Below, in pieces: positions 1 to 10,880 of a stretch of 64,000 nucleotides of DNA. The first letter of the stretch is position 1. Every line of letters begins with the position of its first letter. Source of the stretch: Vicinamibacteria bacterium (GTDB lineage Bacteria; Acidobacteriota; Vicinamibacteria; Fen-336). A program made the translations under genes and the position numbers. The notes beneath the pieces were generated by a model, which saw nothing but the letters and a program-made list of their open reading frames with translations, had not been told where the DNA came from and searched no databases. The stretch covers positions 282-64,281 of the forward strand of contig DASSJI010000003.1 of NCBI GenBank assembly GCA_035691285.1, in the 5' to 3' direction.

Positions 1-325
1 GGGCGATCCTCTCGATCACGAGAGCGAGCCGGTCCCGGAGTGCCGTGCTGCGTGAGAAGACGATCGCACCCTGGAAGCCCGCGAGCTCCCGCCGGAGCGC
101 GTCGGGCAGCGGCCCGCCCTCTTCTTCGTGCAGCGGCGCGAAGGCGGCCGCTTCCCAGGGAAGGACCGACGAGACCTGGGTGGGTCCATCACCCTCGAGG
201 ACGAGCGCGGCATGGGAGGGGGCGAGGAGCCCGACCTCGTGGCCAGCCCGCCGCAGCGCGAAGACGACCCGGCGCAGCAGCAGGAGATCGCCCAGGGCGC
301 CGGCGCGGGCGACGAGGACCTTCAG
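1..325 (-). CDS. Glycosyltransferase family 9 (heptosyltransferase-like), N-terminal part; the gene continues beyond the window start
   Basis: Absent from the ORF track because it runs off the 5' edge. My reverse-strand translation from 325 reads LKVLVARAGALGDLLLLRRVVFALRRAGHEVGLLAPSHAALVLEG..., the typical GT9 N-terminus (xxLVxRxxxxGDxLLxxPxxxALR). The only candidate start after the in-frame TGA (337-335) is CTG at 325. Confidence 0.5.
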   Translation of the reverse strand, partial: MKVLVARAGALGDLLLLRRVVFALRRAGHEVGLLAPSHAALVLEGDGPTQVSSVLPWEAAAFAPLHEEEGGPLPDALRRELAGFQGAIVFSRSTALRDRLALVIERIA

Positions 326-329
326 GCCA

Positions 330-2552
330 CTACTTCAGCTCCACGCGCGCCGAGGCCACGTTGCCGAGCAGGTCGGTGGCCCGGACGACGAGGAGGTGAG
401 GCCCGGGCTCGCCGAAGGGTCCGGGCGCGATCTCGTAGCGCTCCTGGCGCGCGTCGTTGATTCCGTCCACCGGGTGGATCTCGTGCCAGCGCCCTCCGTC
501 CACGGAGTACTCGGCCTTCTTGATGATGCTCCAGTCGTCGCTCACGGTGGCGCGGACGCGCCCGTCCTCGAGGGCGGCGGAGACGAGCGGCGGAGTGTTG
601 TCCACGTCGAAGGGCGTGCTCTCCTTGTCGCCGGCGAGGGCGAGGCTCTCGGGGTTCGCCGGCGTGTCGCGGGCGCTGACCTTGATCACGTAGCGGCCGT
701 TGGGCACCGTCGAGGTGTCCCAGGCGAGCACGGTGTCGGTCGTGGCGCGACGCAGGGTGCGCAGCTTCGTGTCGCCCACGGCGCGGTACTGGACGTCGTA
801 GACCAGGGTGTCACCGTTGGGGTCGTCGGCCTTCCACGAGAACGTCTGCATGCCGCGCTGGTAGATGCGTCGGCTGTATGCCGTCGGCTGGGCTGCGTAC
901 GCGCCCGCCCTGGAGGCCGGAGCGCCCGAGAGCCGGGTCTCGGGCGCCTCGCCGGGCTCCAGTCCGAGGATCTCGATCTCGCCGGTGACCGAGAGCGGTT
1001 TCTGGAAGACCTCGCCCGGCGGGTGCACGGTGATCGTCTGCACCTGGGGCCGCAGGTTGCGCTGGAGGTAGGCGGCGCTGATCGAGTCGACGACCGGCGT
1101 CGCGCCATCTTTCCCCGAGAGCACCGCGCGCACTTGCAGATAGCGGGCACGCTCGCCGAGGATGGGATCGCCGTCCTTCTGAGCGTAGGCCGGAGACCAC
1201 TCCGACCACGTCGGATCGGGGTTGGCGGTGTTTCCGGCGCGGGTCTGGATCTGCACGCCGGTGCCGGCCGGCAGCGTCGCCTCCCAGCGGATGCGCCCCC
1301 AGGTCGAGACCGTCTCGGTGTCCTTCGCCTTCGAGGTGAAGGTCCCCGAGGCGCCCGGCCGGGTGCCCAGGGAGAAGAGCTTCCCCGGGTTCGAGGTGCC
1401 CAGGACGAAGTCGGCGTCGGAGCGCAGCAGCGCGGTCACCTGTTCGGCTGCGAAGGAAGCGACCATCGTCCACGTGCGGTCGTCCCGCACGCGATACAGC
1501 TTGCCCTTGTTGCCGGTGGCCACGAGGATCCCGTCTCCGGCGAGAACCAGGGCGTGGGGCAGGTCCTCGTTCGACGACCAGAGGGTCTCCACCTCTCCCG
1601 TGGGCCACACCCGCAGGAGCGCGCCCTTGATCCCCGCGGCGGCGCGCGCGTCGGCGCGGGCCGCCTGCGCCGCCGCCTGCGGCGGGAGGACGAACGTCTC
1701 CATGACCGTGACCTCCGGGCCGGCCGGAGGGGTCGGGGAGGGCGGGGGCGGCGTGGGCGGAACGGGAGCAGGCGCGGGCCGAGGCTCATCGGGGGCCTTG
1801 CCGTCGACGGCGACCGCGTAGAGGCTGCCGTCGGGGCTGCGCTCGAGCGCCTTGATCTCCCGGAAGGCCGAATCGTGGAGCACCGAGACCTTTCCCGACG
1901 CGTCCACGCGGTAGAGGATCCCGCTCGGCGAACTGCCGGCGTAGACGTCGCCCTGCGGGCCCAGGGCGAGGGACATCACGTGGGTGTCGGAGGCCGTGAG
2001 CAGCGCCTTCGCCTGACCCTTGGAGTCCACACGGTAGACCTTGCCCTCGGAGCCCGTCGCGACGTGGAGCTGGCCGGAGGCGTCGAAGGCCAGGGCCCAG
2101 ATGTAGCGCTCCTCGGGATCGAAGAACGGCACGCCGATCCCGGCGGCGTCGACGGCGTAGACCTTTCCGTCGGGGGAGGTCCCGACGAACAGGCGGCCGT
2201 CGGGCCCCAAGGCGAGCGCGTGCACCTCGAGCTCGGGAGCGTCGAAGGCGAGCGCGCTCTTTCCGTCCTTGCCGACCCGGAACACCCTGCCGTCGTTGCC
2301 GGTGCCCGCATAGACGTTGCCGTGGCCGTCGCGGGCCAGGCACCACAGGAACGGCGCCTCGGTGTCGTAGATCATCTTCGACAGGGGCGCCAGGCGGAGC
2401 TGCCCCTCGGAGTCCACCGACACGCCGTCGTTGTCGCCATCGAGGAAGTCCCGTGCGCCCTCGATCCGGAAGAACTGCGGTTGGGCGGCGAGCAGGGGCC
2501 ATGCGGCGACGCAGGCGAGCGCGGCGATGGCCCGGGCGTGGCGACGGAGCAT
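330..2552 (-). CDS. Secreted beta-propeller repeat protein with a Pro-rich linker and C-terminal Ig/FN3-like region (function unknown)
   Basis: 740-aa ORF with an N-terminal signal-like segment (AALACVAAWPLLAAQP). Repeated motifs of the form DGxGNVYAGTGxxGxVFRV / GPDGRLFVGTSPDGKVYAV are typical of propeller blades. AGGAGG lies upstream of the ATG at 2552. Composition looks coding, unlike the overlapping antisense ORFs. Confidence 0.75.
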   Translation of the reverse strand: MLRRHARAIAALACVAAWPLLAAQPQFFRIEGARDFLDGDNDGVSVDSEGQLRLAPLSKMIYDTEAPFLWCLARDGHGNVYAGTGNDGRVFRVGKDGKSALAFDAPELEVHALALGPDGRLFVGTSPDGKVYAVDAAGIGVPFFDPEERYIWALAFDASGQLHVATGSEGKVYRVDSKGQAKALLTASDTHVMSLALGPQGDVYAGSSPSGILYRVDASGKVSVLHDSAFREIKALERSPDGSLYAVAVDGKAPDEPRPAPAPVPPTPPPPSPTPPAGPEVTVMETFVLPPQAAAQAARADARAAAGIKGALLRVWPTGEVETLWSSNEDLPHALVLAGDGILVATGNKGKLYRVRDDRTWTMVASFAAEQVTALLRSDADFVLGTSNPGKLFSLGTRPGASGTFTSKAKDTETVSTWGRIRWEATLPAGTGVQIQTRAGNTANPDPTWSEWSPAYAQKDGDPILGERARYLQVRAVLSGKDGATPVVDSISAAYLQRNLRPQVQTITVHPPGEVFQKPLSVTGEIEILGLEPGEAPETRLSGAPASRAGAYAAQPTAYSRRIYQRGMQTFSWKADDPNGDTLVYDVQYRAVGDTKLRTLRRATTDTVLAWDTSTVPNGRYVIKVSARDTPANPESLALAGDKESTPFDVDNTPPLVSAALEDGRVRATVSDDWSIIKKAEYSVDGGRWHEIHPVDGINDARQERYEIAPGPFGEPGPHLLVVRATDLLGNVASARVELK

Positions 2553-2577
2553 CGAACCTCCTGGAGGATGTGTCGGG

Positions 2578-4410
<1,833 letters not shown>

Positions 4411-4489
4411 GCCTCGATCTTAGCAGGGTCCGGGCGCGGAGGGATCGCCATGGTAGGATCGCTGCTTCGTCCGCCGCGGAACCAAGGGG

Positions 4490-4915
4490 ATGGGGACACC
4501 GACGAGCGACGCTGGGTTGGAGCGGCCGGGGGAGCGCGCCTTCCGCCCCGGGGCGGCGGCGATCGCCTGCCTGCTGGGATGGCTGCTGCCCGGCGCCGGA
4601 CACGCCTACGTGGGGCGTCCCGGCCGAGGCGCCTTCTTCTGCCTGGCCCTCTTGACACTCTTCGGCGTCGGAGTCTCCCTCGACGCTCGGTTGACGCTCC
4701 ACCTGGGCCTCGACGATCCCCTGGGCCTCGTCATCGGGGCCGGGCAGGCCGCGCTCGGCCTGCCCTATGTGCTCGCGCGGGCGCTCGGGGGAGCGACCGG
4801 GGACGTGCGCTCCGCCACGTTCGACTACGGCGTCACGTTCACCGCGACGGCCGGCCTGCTGAACGTCCTGGTCATGCTCGATGCGGTGGACGTAGCCCTG
4901 GGGCGCAAGGCTTGA
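4490..4915 (+). CDS. Small integral membrane protein (TM2/DUF-like, LLPGAGHAYVGR motif)
   Basis: 141-aa ORF with three or four hydrophobic helices (IACLLGWLLPGAGHAYVG; FFCLALLTLFGVGV; ATAGLLNVLVMLDAV). It is divergent from the peptidase gene. Confidence 0.6.
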   Translation: MGTPTSDAGLERPGERAFRPGAAAIACLLGWLLPGAGHAYVGRPGRGAFFCLALLTLFGVGVSLDARLTLHLGLDDPLGLVIGAGQAALGLPYVLARALGGATGDVRSATFDYGVTFTATAGLLNVLVMLDAVDVALGRKA

Positions 4916-5088
4916 TCCGGAGCCACCTGCTGAACCTGGTCGTCTATTCGGCCCTCGTGGCCGCCGTCTTCGCGGCGTTGATGCGGGAAGGCGTCGGGAG
5001 GCAGGTGCGCTTGGGCGCGGTCCTGTTCGGGGCGTTCGTGCTCTCGGCGGTCGTGGTCGGCTGGCTCATGGCTCCATTTCCCGGCTAG
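4912..5088 (+). CDS. Small hydrophobic membrane protein (58 aa), start uncertain
   Basis: TTG at 4912 overlaps the TGA of the previous gene (TTGA). The translation LIRSHLLNLVVYSALVAAVFAALMREGVGRQVRLGAVLFGAFVLSAVVVGWLMAPFPG has two clear TM helices. It is the 3' end of the long artefactual ORF 2431..5088. Confidence 0.4.
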   Translation: MIRSHLLNLVVYSALVAAVFAALMREGVGRQVRLGAVLFGAFVLSAVVVGWLMAPFPG

Positions 5089-5121
5089 GCCCGTGGCCCC
5101 TCTCTCCCCCGCGAGGACCTG

Positions 5122-6183
5122 GTGAGCCTGCGCGTTGCGGTCGTCCCCGGCGACGGAATCGGCGTCGAGGTGACGCGCGAGGCGACGAAGGCGCTGCAGG
5201 CCGCGACGGACGCCACCGGGAAGAAGGTCGTTCTCACGCATTTCGAGTGGGGCGCGGAGCACTTCCTGAAGACCGGCGAGACGCTCCCCGAGGGCGCCCT
5301 GCAGATGCTCCAGGACCGCTTCGACGCGATCCTTCTGGGCGCGATGGGGGACCCCCGCGTCCCCGACAACCGCCACGCGAGCGACATCCTGCTCGGACTG
5401 CGCTTCGGGCTCGACCTCTACGTCAACTACCGGCCGGTGCAGCTCTTCCACGAGCGGCTCTGCCCGCTCAAGGGCGTGGTTCCCGCCGACGTGGACTTCG
5501 CCGTCTTCCGCGAGAACACCGAGGGCCTCTACGTGATGATGGGCGGCAACTTCAAGCGGGACACGCCCGACGAGGTCGCGACCGAGATCGACCTCAACAC
5601 CCGCAAGGGCGTGGAGCGGATCGTGCGGCACGCCTTCGAGTTCGCGAAGGCCAGGGGCCGCACGCGGGTCGTCATGTCGGACAAGTCGAACGTGCTGATT
5701 CACGCCCACGAGCTGTGGCAGCGCGTCTTCAGGGCCGTGGCGGCGGACTACCCCGGCATCGAGGCGCGGCACCTCTACGTGGACAACCTCTGCCTCCAGC
5801 TCGTGCGGGAGCCCCGGCAGTTCCAGGTGATCGTCACGTCCAACATGTTCGGCGACATCGTCACGGACCTGGCCGCGGCGCTGCAGGGAGGCCTCGGCAT
5901 GGCCGCCTCGGCCAACGTCCATCCCGGACGCTTGTCGCTCTTCGAGCCGGTCCATGGCTCGTCGCCCGGCCTGGCGGGCAGGAACGTGGCCAACCCGATG
6001 GGGGCGATCCTCAGCGCTGCCTTGCTCCTCGACCACGTGGGCTGGACCGGCGAGGCGAAGCGGGTCGAAGGCGCCGTGCGGTGGGCCGTGGACAACGGGC
6101 GCACGACCGCCGACATCGGCGGCACCCTGGGCACGCGCGAAGTCGGCGACACGATCGCCGCCTGCCTGCGGGGCCAGGGCTAG
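5122..6183 (+). CDS. Isocitrate/isopropylmalate dehydrogenase family enzyme (3-isopropylmalate / tartrate dehydrogenase-like)
   Basis: 353 aa. Motifs seen: VAVVPGDGIGVEV, LYVNYRPV, FRENTEGLY, SNMFGDIVTDLAAALQGGLGMAASAN and LFEPVHGSSPGLAGRNVANP, all hallmarks of the beta-decarboxylating dehydrogenase family. Confidence 0.85.
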   Translation: MSLRVAVVPGDGIGVEVTREATKALQAATDATGKKVVLTHFEWGAEHFLKTGETLPEGALQMLQDRFDAILLGAMGDPRVPDNRHASDILLGLRFGLDLYVNYRPVQLFHERLCPLKGVVPADVDFAVFRENTEGLYVMMGGNFKRDTPDEVATEIDLNTRKGVERIVRHAFEFAKARGRTRVVMSDKSNVLIHAHELWQRVFRAVAADYPGIEARHLYVDNLCLQLVREPRQFQVIVTSNMFGDIVTDLAAALQGGLGMAASANVHPGRLSLFEPVHGSSPGLAGRNVANPMGAILSAALLLDHVGWTGEAKRVEGAVRWAVDNGRTTADIGGTLGTREVGDTIAACLRGQG

Positions 6184-6186
6184 AAT
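6181..6186 (+). promoter_or_regulatory. -10-like TAGAAT, 7 nt upstream of the ATG of the aconitase-family gene
   Basis: TAGAAT at 6181-6186; its TAG is the stop of the preceding gene. The ATG is at 6194, the same geometry as at clpC. Confidence 0.25.
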
Positions 6187-6193
6187 CGAGAGG

Positions 6194-8179
6194 ATGTCGC
6201 GCAGCGTCTCCCTCGCGCCGGGCAAGCGGGTCCTCTTCCTCACCAAGGACCCCGGGCTGATCCGAAAGCAGCTCCGGGGCGATCTCGATCTTCGGATGCG
6301 GGACATGAAGGTCGAGGACCTGATGGACGACGTCAACACCGACGCCATGACGCCGGCGTGGGCGTGCTTCGACCACCGGCCTGCGGACATCGCCCGCAAC
6401 GCCTACGCGGGCATCAGCGTGGACGGCGAGCGGCTCTTCCCCGAGGGCGCACTCATGGCGGGCGGGTTCGAGGCCGTCGTGTCGGGGTACCGCAAGGGCG
6501 TCGGCTCGTCACGCGAGACCGCGGTCCAGGCCGAGAAGTGGTCGGGGATCCGCATCGCCATCGCCGCCTCCTTCGCCCCCATCCACGCGCGCAACAACAT
6601 CGCTCAGGGCGTGCTGATGGGCGATCACGCGCTGCTGCTGCGCCTGCAGGCGGGCGAGAGCGTCCCGCTGGCGGAGTTCCAGCGGGGCTGGGATCCCGTC
6701 ACGCGCATGGTCATCGCCCACGGCGGCCTGTTCGCCTTCACGAAGGCGTACGCCCGTGGCGACGTCGCCCTGCCGCGACGCGAGACGGGAAAGCGGGCGA
6801 TGACCCTGGCGGAGAAGATCCTCGCGCGCCACGTCGTGGGGGAGAACGAGCCGGTCTACGTCAAGCCCGGCGACGCGATCTGCGTCCGCGTGGACGGCGG
6901 CTACTCCCACGAGTTCACCACCGCCCAGGTCCACTACTTCCTCGAGCAGGAACACGGGCCCGGCTATCGCCTGGCCGATCCCCGCAAGTTCGCGGTGTTC
7001 GAGGACCACCTCATCTACGCGGACGGGGTGCCGCGCATGGCCCCCTTCTCGGCCAAGATCCAGGTCCTGCGGGACCTCCAGCGGGATTTCCAGAGACACA
7101 CCGGCGTGCTGGACTTCTCCGCGCGCAACGGGATCTCTCCCGGGATCTGCCACAGCGTCGCCCGGGAGCGCATCATCGAGCCGGGAGACTTCATCCAGGC
7201 CACCGACAGCCACACCTGCATGGGCGGGTCCTTGAACGCCCTCGCCTACGGCGTCGGCGCCACCGAGTACGCGGCGCTCGTGCTCTCGGGATTCACCTTC
7301 GTCGAGGTGCCCGAGTCGATCCGCTTCGAGCTCGTGGGCGGGCTCCGCCCCGGCGTCACGGCCAAGGACGTCATGCTCCACATCCTGGCCGGACCCGCGA
7401 AGCGCCAGGAGACCCTGGATCGCGTGATGGAGTTCGGCGGCCCGGGTCTCGCCTCGCTGAGCCCGGACGAACGGGCCACCCTGGCGAACATGGCCACCGA
7501 GTGCTCGGCGAAGGCGGGCGTGGTCGAGGCGGACGAGGCGATGCTGCAGTGGATCGCCGCGCGGCGTCCGGAGGCGTCCCTGGATTCGCTGCGGGCGCGC
7601 TGCGTGGCGCCCGATCCCGGCGCGGAGTACGCGGGGGGCGTCCACGTGATCGACCTCTCCGCGATCCGCCCGATGGTCGCGACGCCGGGCGACCCCGCGA
7701 AGGGCATCCCCTCCGACCCCACGAACGGCGCTCTCGTCGAGGAGCTGGGAGACGTCCCCATCGACATCGCCTACGGCGGCTCGTGCACGGCGGGCAAGGA
7801 GGCGGACCTCGACATGTACGCGACCGTCATGCGCGAGGCATTGGACGCCGGCCGGAGGGTGAAGGAGGGCGTCGAGTTCTTCATCCAGTTCGGCTCGGAG
7901 TCGGTCGAGGCCTACGCGCGGCAGCGTGGGTATCTGGACGTCTTCGACAGGACCGGCGTGCGTGTCATCCACCCCGGGTGCGGGGCGTGCATCGGCTGCG
8001 GGCCCGGCGTGTCCTCGACGAAGGAGCAGGTCACGGTCTCGGCGATCAACCGGAACTACCAGAACCGCTCGGGGCCGGGCCGCCTCTACCTGGCGTCGCC
8101 GCTCACGGTGGCAGCCTCCGCCGTGGCCGGAAGGATCGTGACGTATAGCGCGGGGATGTTTCGAGACGGCCATCGGTGA
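6194..8179 (+). CDS. Aconitase-family hydro-lyase with a LeuD-like swivel domain fused N-terminal to a LeuC-like catalytic domain
   Basis: ATG at 6194, inside ORF 5954..8179. Roughly residues 1-190 contain a GVGSSRETAVQA motif (compare the LeuD GSSREHA motif). The remainder has the aconitase catalytic motifs DSHTCMGG, GGSCTAGK and CGACIGCGPG, which supply the Fe-S cysteines. Confidence 0.8.
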   Translation: MSRSVSLAPGKRVLFLTKDPGLIRKQLRGDLDLRMRDMKVEDLMDDVNTDAMTPAWACFDHRPADIARNAYAGISVDGERLFPEGALMAGGFEAVVSGYRKGVGSSRETAVQAEKWSGIRIAIAASFAPIHARNNIAQGVLMGDHALLLRLQAGESVPLAEFQRGWDPVTRMVIAHGGLFAFTKAYARGDVALPRRETGKRAMTLAEKILARHVVGENEPVYVKPGDAICVRVDGGYSHEFTTAQVHYFLEQEHGPGYRLADPRKFAVFEDHLIYADGVPRMAPFSAKIQVLRDLQRDFQRHTGVLDFSARNGISPGICHSVARERIIEPGDFIQATDSHTCMGGSLNALAYGVGATEYAALVLSGFTFVEVPESIRFELVGGLRPGVTAKDVMLHILAGPAKRQETLDRVMEFGGPGLASLSPDERATLANMATECSAKAGVVEADEAMLQWIAARRPEASLDSLRARCVAPDPGAEYAGGVHVIDLSAIRPMVATPGDPAKGIPSDPTNGALVEELGDVPIDIAYGGSCTAGKEADLDMYATVMREALDAGRRVKEGVEFFIQFGSESVEAYARQRGYLDVFDRTGVRVIHPGCGACIGCGPGVSSTKEQVTVSAINRNYQNRSGPGRLYLASPLTVAASAVAGRIVTYSAGMFRDGHR

Positions 8180-9696
8180 CGGCCCGCGAGCGGGGCTTGC
8201 TGATTGGCCTGGGAGGGGTGGCGTGGCTCCTCGCCTCCACGGCCGCCGCCACCCGATACGTCGACTACTCGAGGCTGGGCGGCTATCGTCGGCTGTGGGC
8301 GGACATGGCGGTGGGCATCACCGCGTATCTGGACGCAGCATATCCGGAAGGGACCGCCCCTGCGGTCGGCGTGAAGCCGGACGGCGACCCGCACAAGGTG
8401 TACGAGAACCTGCTTCTGGCGCGAATCAGGCACGAACGGGTGGGGCCCTGGGAGTTCTGGCGGACCGTGACGCCAAAGCCCTTCCTGCGCCGTCGCGTCG
8501 CACCTGAGCCCAGGGCGCACGACGACCAGGGGCGAGCGGTCCTGCTCGGGCTGGGCTTTCGCGCGCTGGGCGGCATCTCCCCGTTCCTCATCCTCTGGCT
8601 TGGAGCCTTCGCCTCCGTGCCGGTCGTCTTCTGGACGGGATGGGAGCTGAGCGCGGTCGGCCATCCGATCGCCGGGGCGACCCTGCTGGGGCTCCTGGGG
8701 CTCTCGCCCTACTTCATTGGCACCCTGCTGCTCCCGCGCTACACCCCCGGGTTCTACCTGATCGCGGTCCTCCTCATCGTTCCACTCTCGGCCTACGCAG
8801 TGCTCGCGCCGCGAGTGACCCTTCGAGGCCTGCTCGTCCGCGCGCTGCTGGCGGCGGTCGGCTTCGCCGGGGCGGGGCTTTGCCGTAGCACGGTCGGGCT
8901 CCTGCTGCCGGGCTTCGCGCTGGCCTTGGTCCTGGCGGGCCGCCGGGCTGCGGGCTCGCCATGGCGGCGAGGCGCGGTGGTCGTGGGGGCGCTCCTCGCC
9001 TTTCTCCTGCCCTATCCCGCGATGAAGGGGGCCCAGGCCCATGACCTGTGGCAGCCACTCTGGGAGGGGCTCGGCGACTTCGATCGGGAAAAGGGCTACA
9101 CGTGGTCGGACCAGGTCGCCGGCGCGTACGCGCGCGAACGAGGCGCCGAGGAGCTCTGGACGGCCGAGAGCGAAGCGGTCTTTCGCGGATCCGTGCTCCG
9201 GGACATCCGGACCGATCCGGGATGGTATGCGGCCATACTGGCGCGTCGCCTGGGCGCCACGCTCTCGCTCCGGAAGCTCTGGCCCTGGCGCGCACCGAGC
9301 GGCGTTCCGATCGCCCTGAGCCGCTCGACCAACGAGGGGGGAATGGACAAGTACTGGATGTACGCGCCCACGGCGGATCGTATCGGCTTCGGCCGGAACA
9401 TTCCGGAGGTGCCCGTCCCGGTCCTCGTTCTCCCCACGCTGACTCTGGTCCTCCTCTCGCTGGCGCCCTGGGTTGGACCGGCGTGCAGGCGGCAGGCCGC
9501 GCGCCGGCTCGCCGTGCTGGCCTGTCCGGCTCTGGCTTGCCTGCCGTTGCCCGTGCTCATCACGACCGCAGGCGGCCAGGAGCCGCAGGCCATCGCCATC
9601 GTGTATCTGCTCGGAACCGCCTTGCTGTTCGAACTGGCCCTGCGCGCGCCCCTGGGCCACCACGTGCCCGCGCCGACGGGACGAACCAACCCCTAG
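8176..9696 (+). CDS. Polytopic membrane protein, possibly a GT-C-like glycosyltransferase (low-confidence function)
   Basis: 506 aa. The GTG start overlaps the TGA of the upstream gene (GTGA). It has many hydrophobic helices and a loop with HDDQG after the first helix. No recognisable soluble-enzyme motifs. Confidence 0.6.
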   Translation: MTARERGLLIGLGGVAWLLASTAAATRYVDYSRLGGYRRLWADMAVGITAYLDAAYPEGTAPAVGVKPDGDPHKVYENLLLARIRHERVGPWEFWRTVTPKPFLRRRVAPEPRAHDDQGRAVLLGLGFRALGGISPFLILWLGAFASVPVVFWTGWELSAVGHPIAGATLLGLLGLSPYFIGTLLLPRYTPGFYLIAVLLIVPLSAYAVLAPRVTLRGLLVRALLAAVGFAGAGLCRSTVGLLLPGFALALVLAGRRAAGSPWRRGAVVVGALLAFLLPYPAMKGAQAHDLWQPLWEGLGDFDREKGYTWSDQVAGAYARERGAEELWTAESEAVFRGSVLRDIRTDPGWYAAILARRLGATLSLRKLWPWRAPSGVPIALSRSTNEGGMDKYWMYAPTADRIGFGRNIPEVPVPVLVLPTLTLVLLSLAPWVGPACRRQAARRLAVLACPALACLPLPVLITTAGGQEPQAIAIVYLLGTALLFELALRAPLGHHVPAPTGRTNP

Positions 9697-10778
9697 CGAC
9701 GCAGCCAGCGCGGGTTGTCGAGGCGCGTCCCCGCCGGGAAGGACACGATCGGGCGAGCGCCCGTGCCGTCGGGCTGGATCAGCATCAGCCGCGTGCCGCT
9801 CGCGTCGGCCTCGGGGAACGCGATGCCGTCCGCGCCCCAGTCGGGCGCGCCGAGCCAGCTTCCCCGCGAGACGGGGGTGAAGAGTTCGGTCCCGTTCGGT
9901 CGGACCGTGCGGAGCTCCCAGACGCCGCGGCCGTCGCTCGTGACCGCGACCAGGTGGCGAAACACGAGGGAGCGGCCGTCCGGTGAGTAGCTCGGGTCGG
10001 TGTCGGAGCCCGCGCGGTAGGGGGTTCCCGGCAGGAGCTCGCCGCCGGCCGGGGCGGTCGTGACGCGGGTCTGGTTGACGGTCGTCTGGAACACCCAGAC
10101 CTCCGACGCTCCGCCGGCGGCGATGCGCGCGTAGGCCGCGACGCTGCCCGCCGCGTCGATGCGCGGCCGGCGCTCGCTGATCCCGGTATCGCAGTTCGCT
10201 GTTCCGCCCCCGAAGTTGGGACACGAGAGGTCGACGGTCTCCTGGGCGTTGTCGGACGTCGGCCGGCGGGGCGTGGTCCGGAACAGGTCCTCACCGCCCG
10301 CCCCCTGGGCGCTGTAGACCAGGACGTCCGCCGAGGGCACCCAGTCGATGCCGGTGACCCGGGCCGTCGACGGCAAGAGCTCCGCCTCCACCCGCGCCGC
10401 CAGGTCCACGTAGACGAGGCTGGCGTCGTCGCGCTCGTCGAGCCGCCCGTCGCCGTTCGTGTCGGCGACGACGCGGCGGACGACGGAGCGCTCGTTGTCC
10501 GCGGCCAGGGCGCCTTCGGGGATGTCGCAGGGGCGTGAGTCGCTGTGGCAGAAGGTCAGGCGTGTGAGCAGGCTCCCGTCGGTGGCGACGGCCATCAGCT
10601 CCCGCCCGCTGCCCTGGACGGAGCTCCAGCCATCGGTCGAGAAGACGATCGTGGTGCCGTCCGGCGGCGGCACCGTCGAGATGAGGCTCGGGTCGTCGAA
10701 GGGGTTCGGGTACTCGTTGCTGCAAGCGGCCAGCGACGCGAGCGCGACCACGACGAGAGGCGGAGGGAAGCGCCGCAT
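9693..10778 (-). CDS. TolB-like beta-propeller lipoprotein
   Basis: Only the last 361 codons of ORF 9693..12878 look coding. ATG at 10778 gives MRRFPPPLVVVALASLAACSNEY (lipobox LAAC). Repeated DxSYSPDGRSLVF / WxPDG motifs are typical of TolB/WD40-like periplasmic propellers. Confidence 0.7.
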   Translation of the reverse strand: MRRFPPPLVVVALASLAACSNEYPNPFDDPSLISTVPPPDGTTIVFSTDGWSSVQGSGRELMAVATDGSLLTRLTFCHSDSRPCDIPEGALAADNERSVVRRVVADTNGDGRLDERDDASLVYVDLAARVEAELLPSTARVTGIDWVPSADVLVYSAQGAGGEDLFRTTPRRPTSDNAQETVDLSCPNFGGGTANCDTGISERRPRIDAAGSVAAYARIAAGGASEVWVFQTTVNQTRVTTAPAGGELLPGTPYRAGSDTDPSYSPDGRSLVFRHLVAVTSDGRGVWELRTVRPNGTELFTPVSRGSWLGAPDWGADGIAFPEADASGTRLMLIQPDGTGARPIVSFPAGTRLDNPRWLRR

Positions 10779-10840
10779 CGAGACCGCTCCGGAGCCTACC
10801 GCCCCGGTTCTCGCCGAGTCAAGGCGCGCGCGCCGCAAGG

Positions 10841-10846
10841 TATAAT
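10841..10846 (+). promoter_or_regulatory. Consensus -10 box TATAAT upstream of the thiolase gene
   Basis: A perfect TATAAT 35 nt before ATG 10881, in the only intergenic gap between the divergent TolB-like and thiolase genes. No good -35 was seen. Confidence 0.35.
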
Positions 10847-10880
10847 CGCCGGCCTTTCGGAGAGCGCAGAGAAGATAGAC

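Noticed and set aside
10818-10823. A -35 element for the TATAAT box upstream of the thiolase gene.
   Set aside because: The hexamer at 17-nt spacing (GTCAAG) matches TTGACA at only 2 of 6 positions, so only the -10 box is reported.
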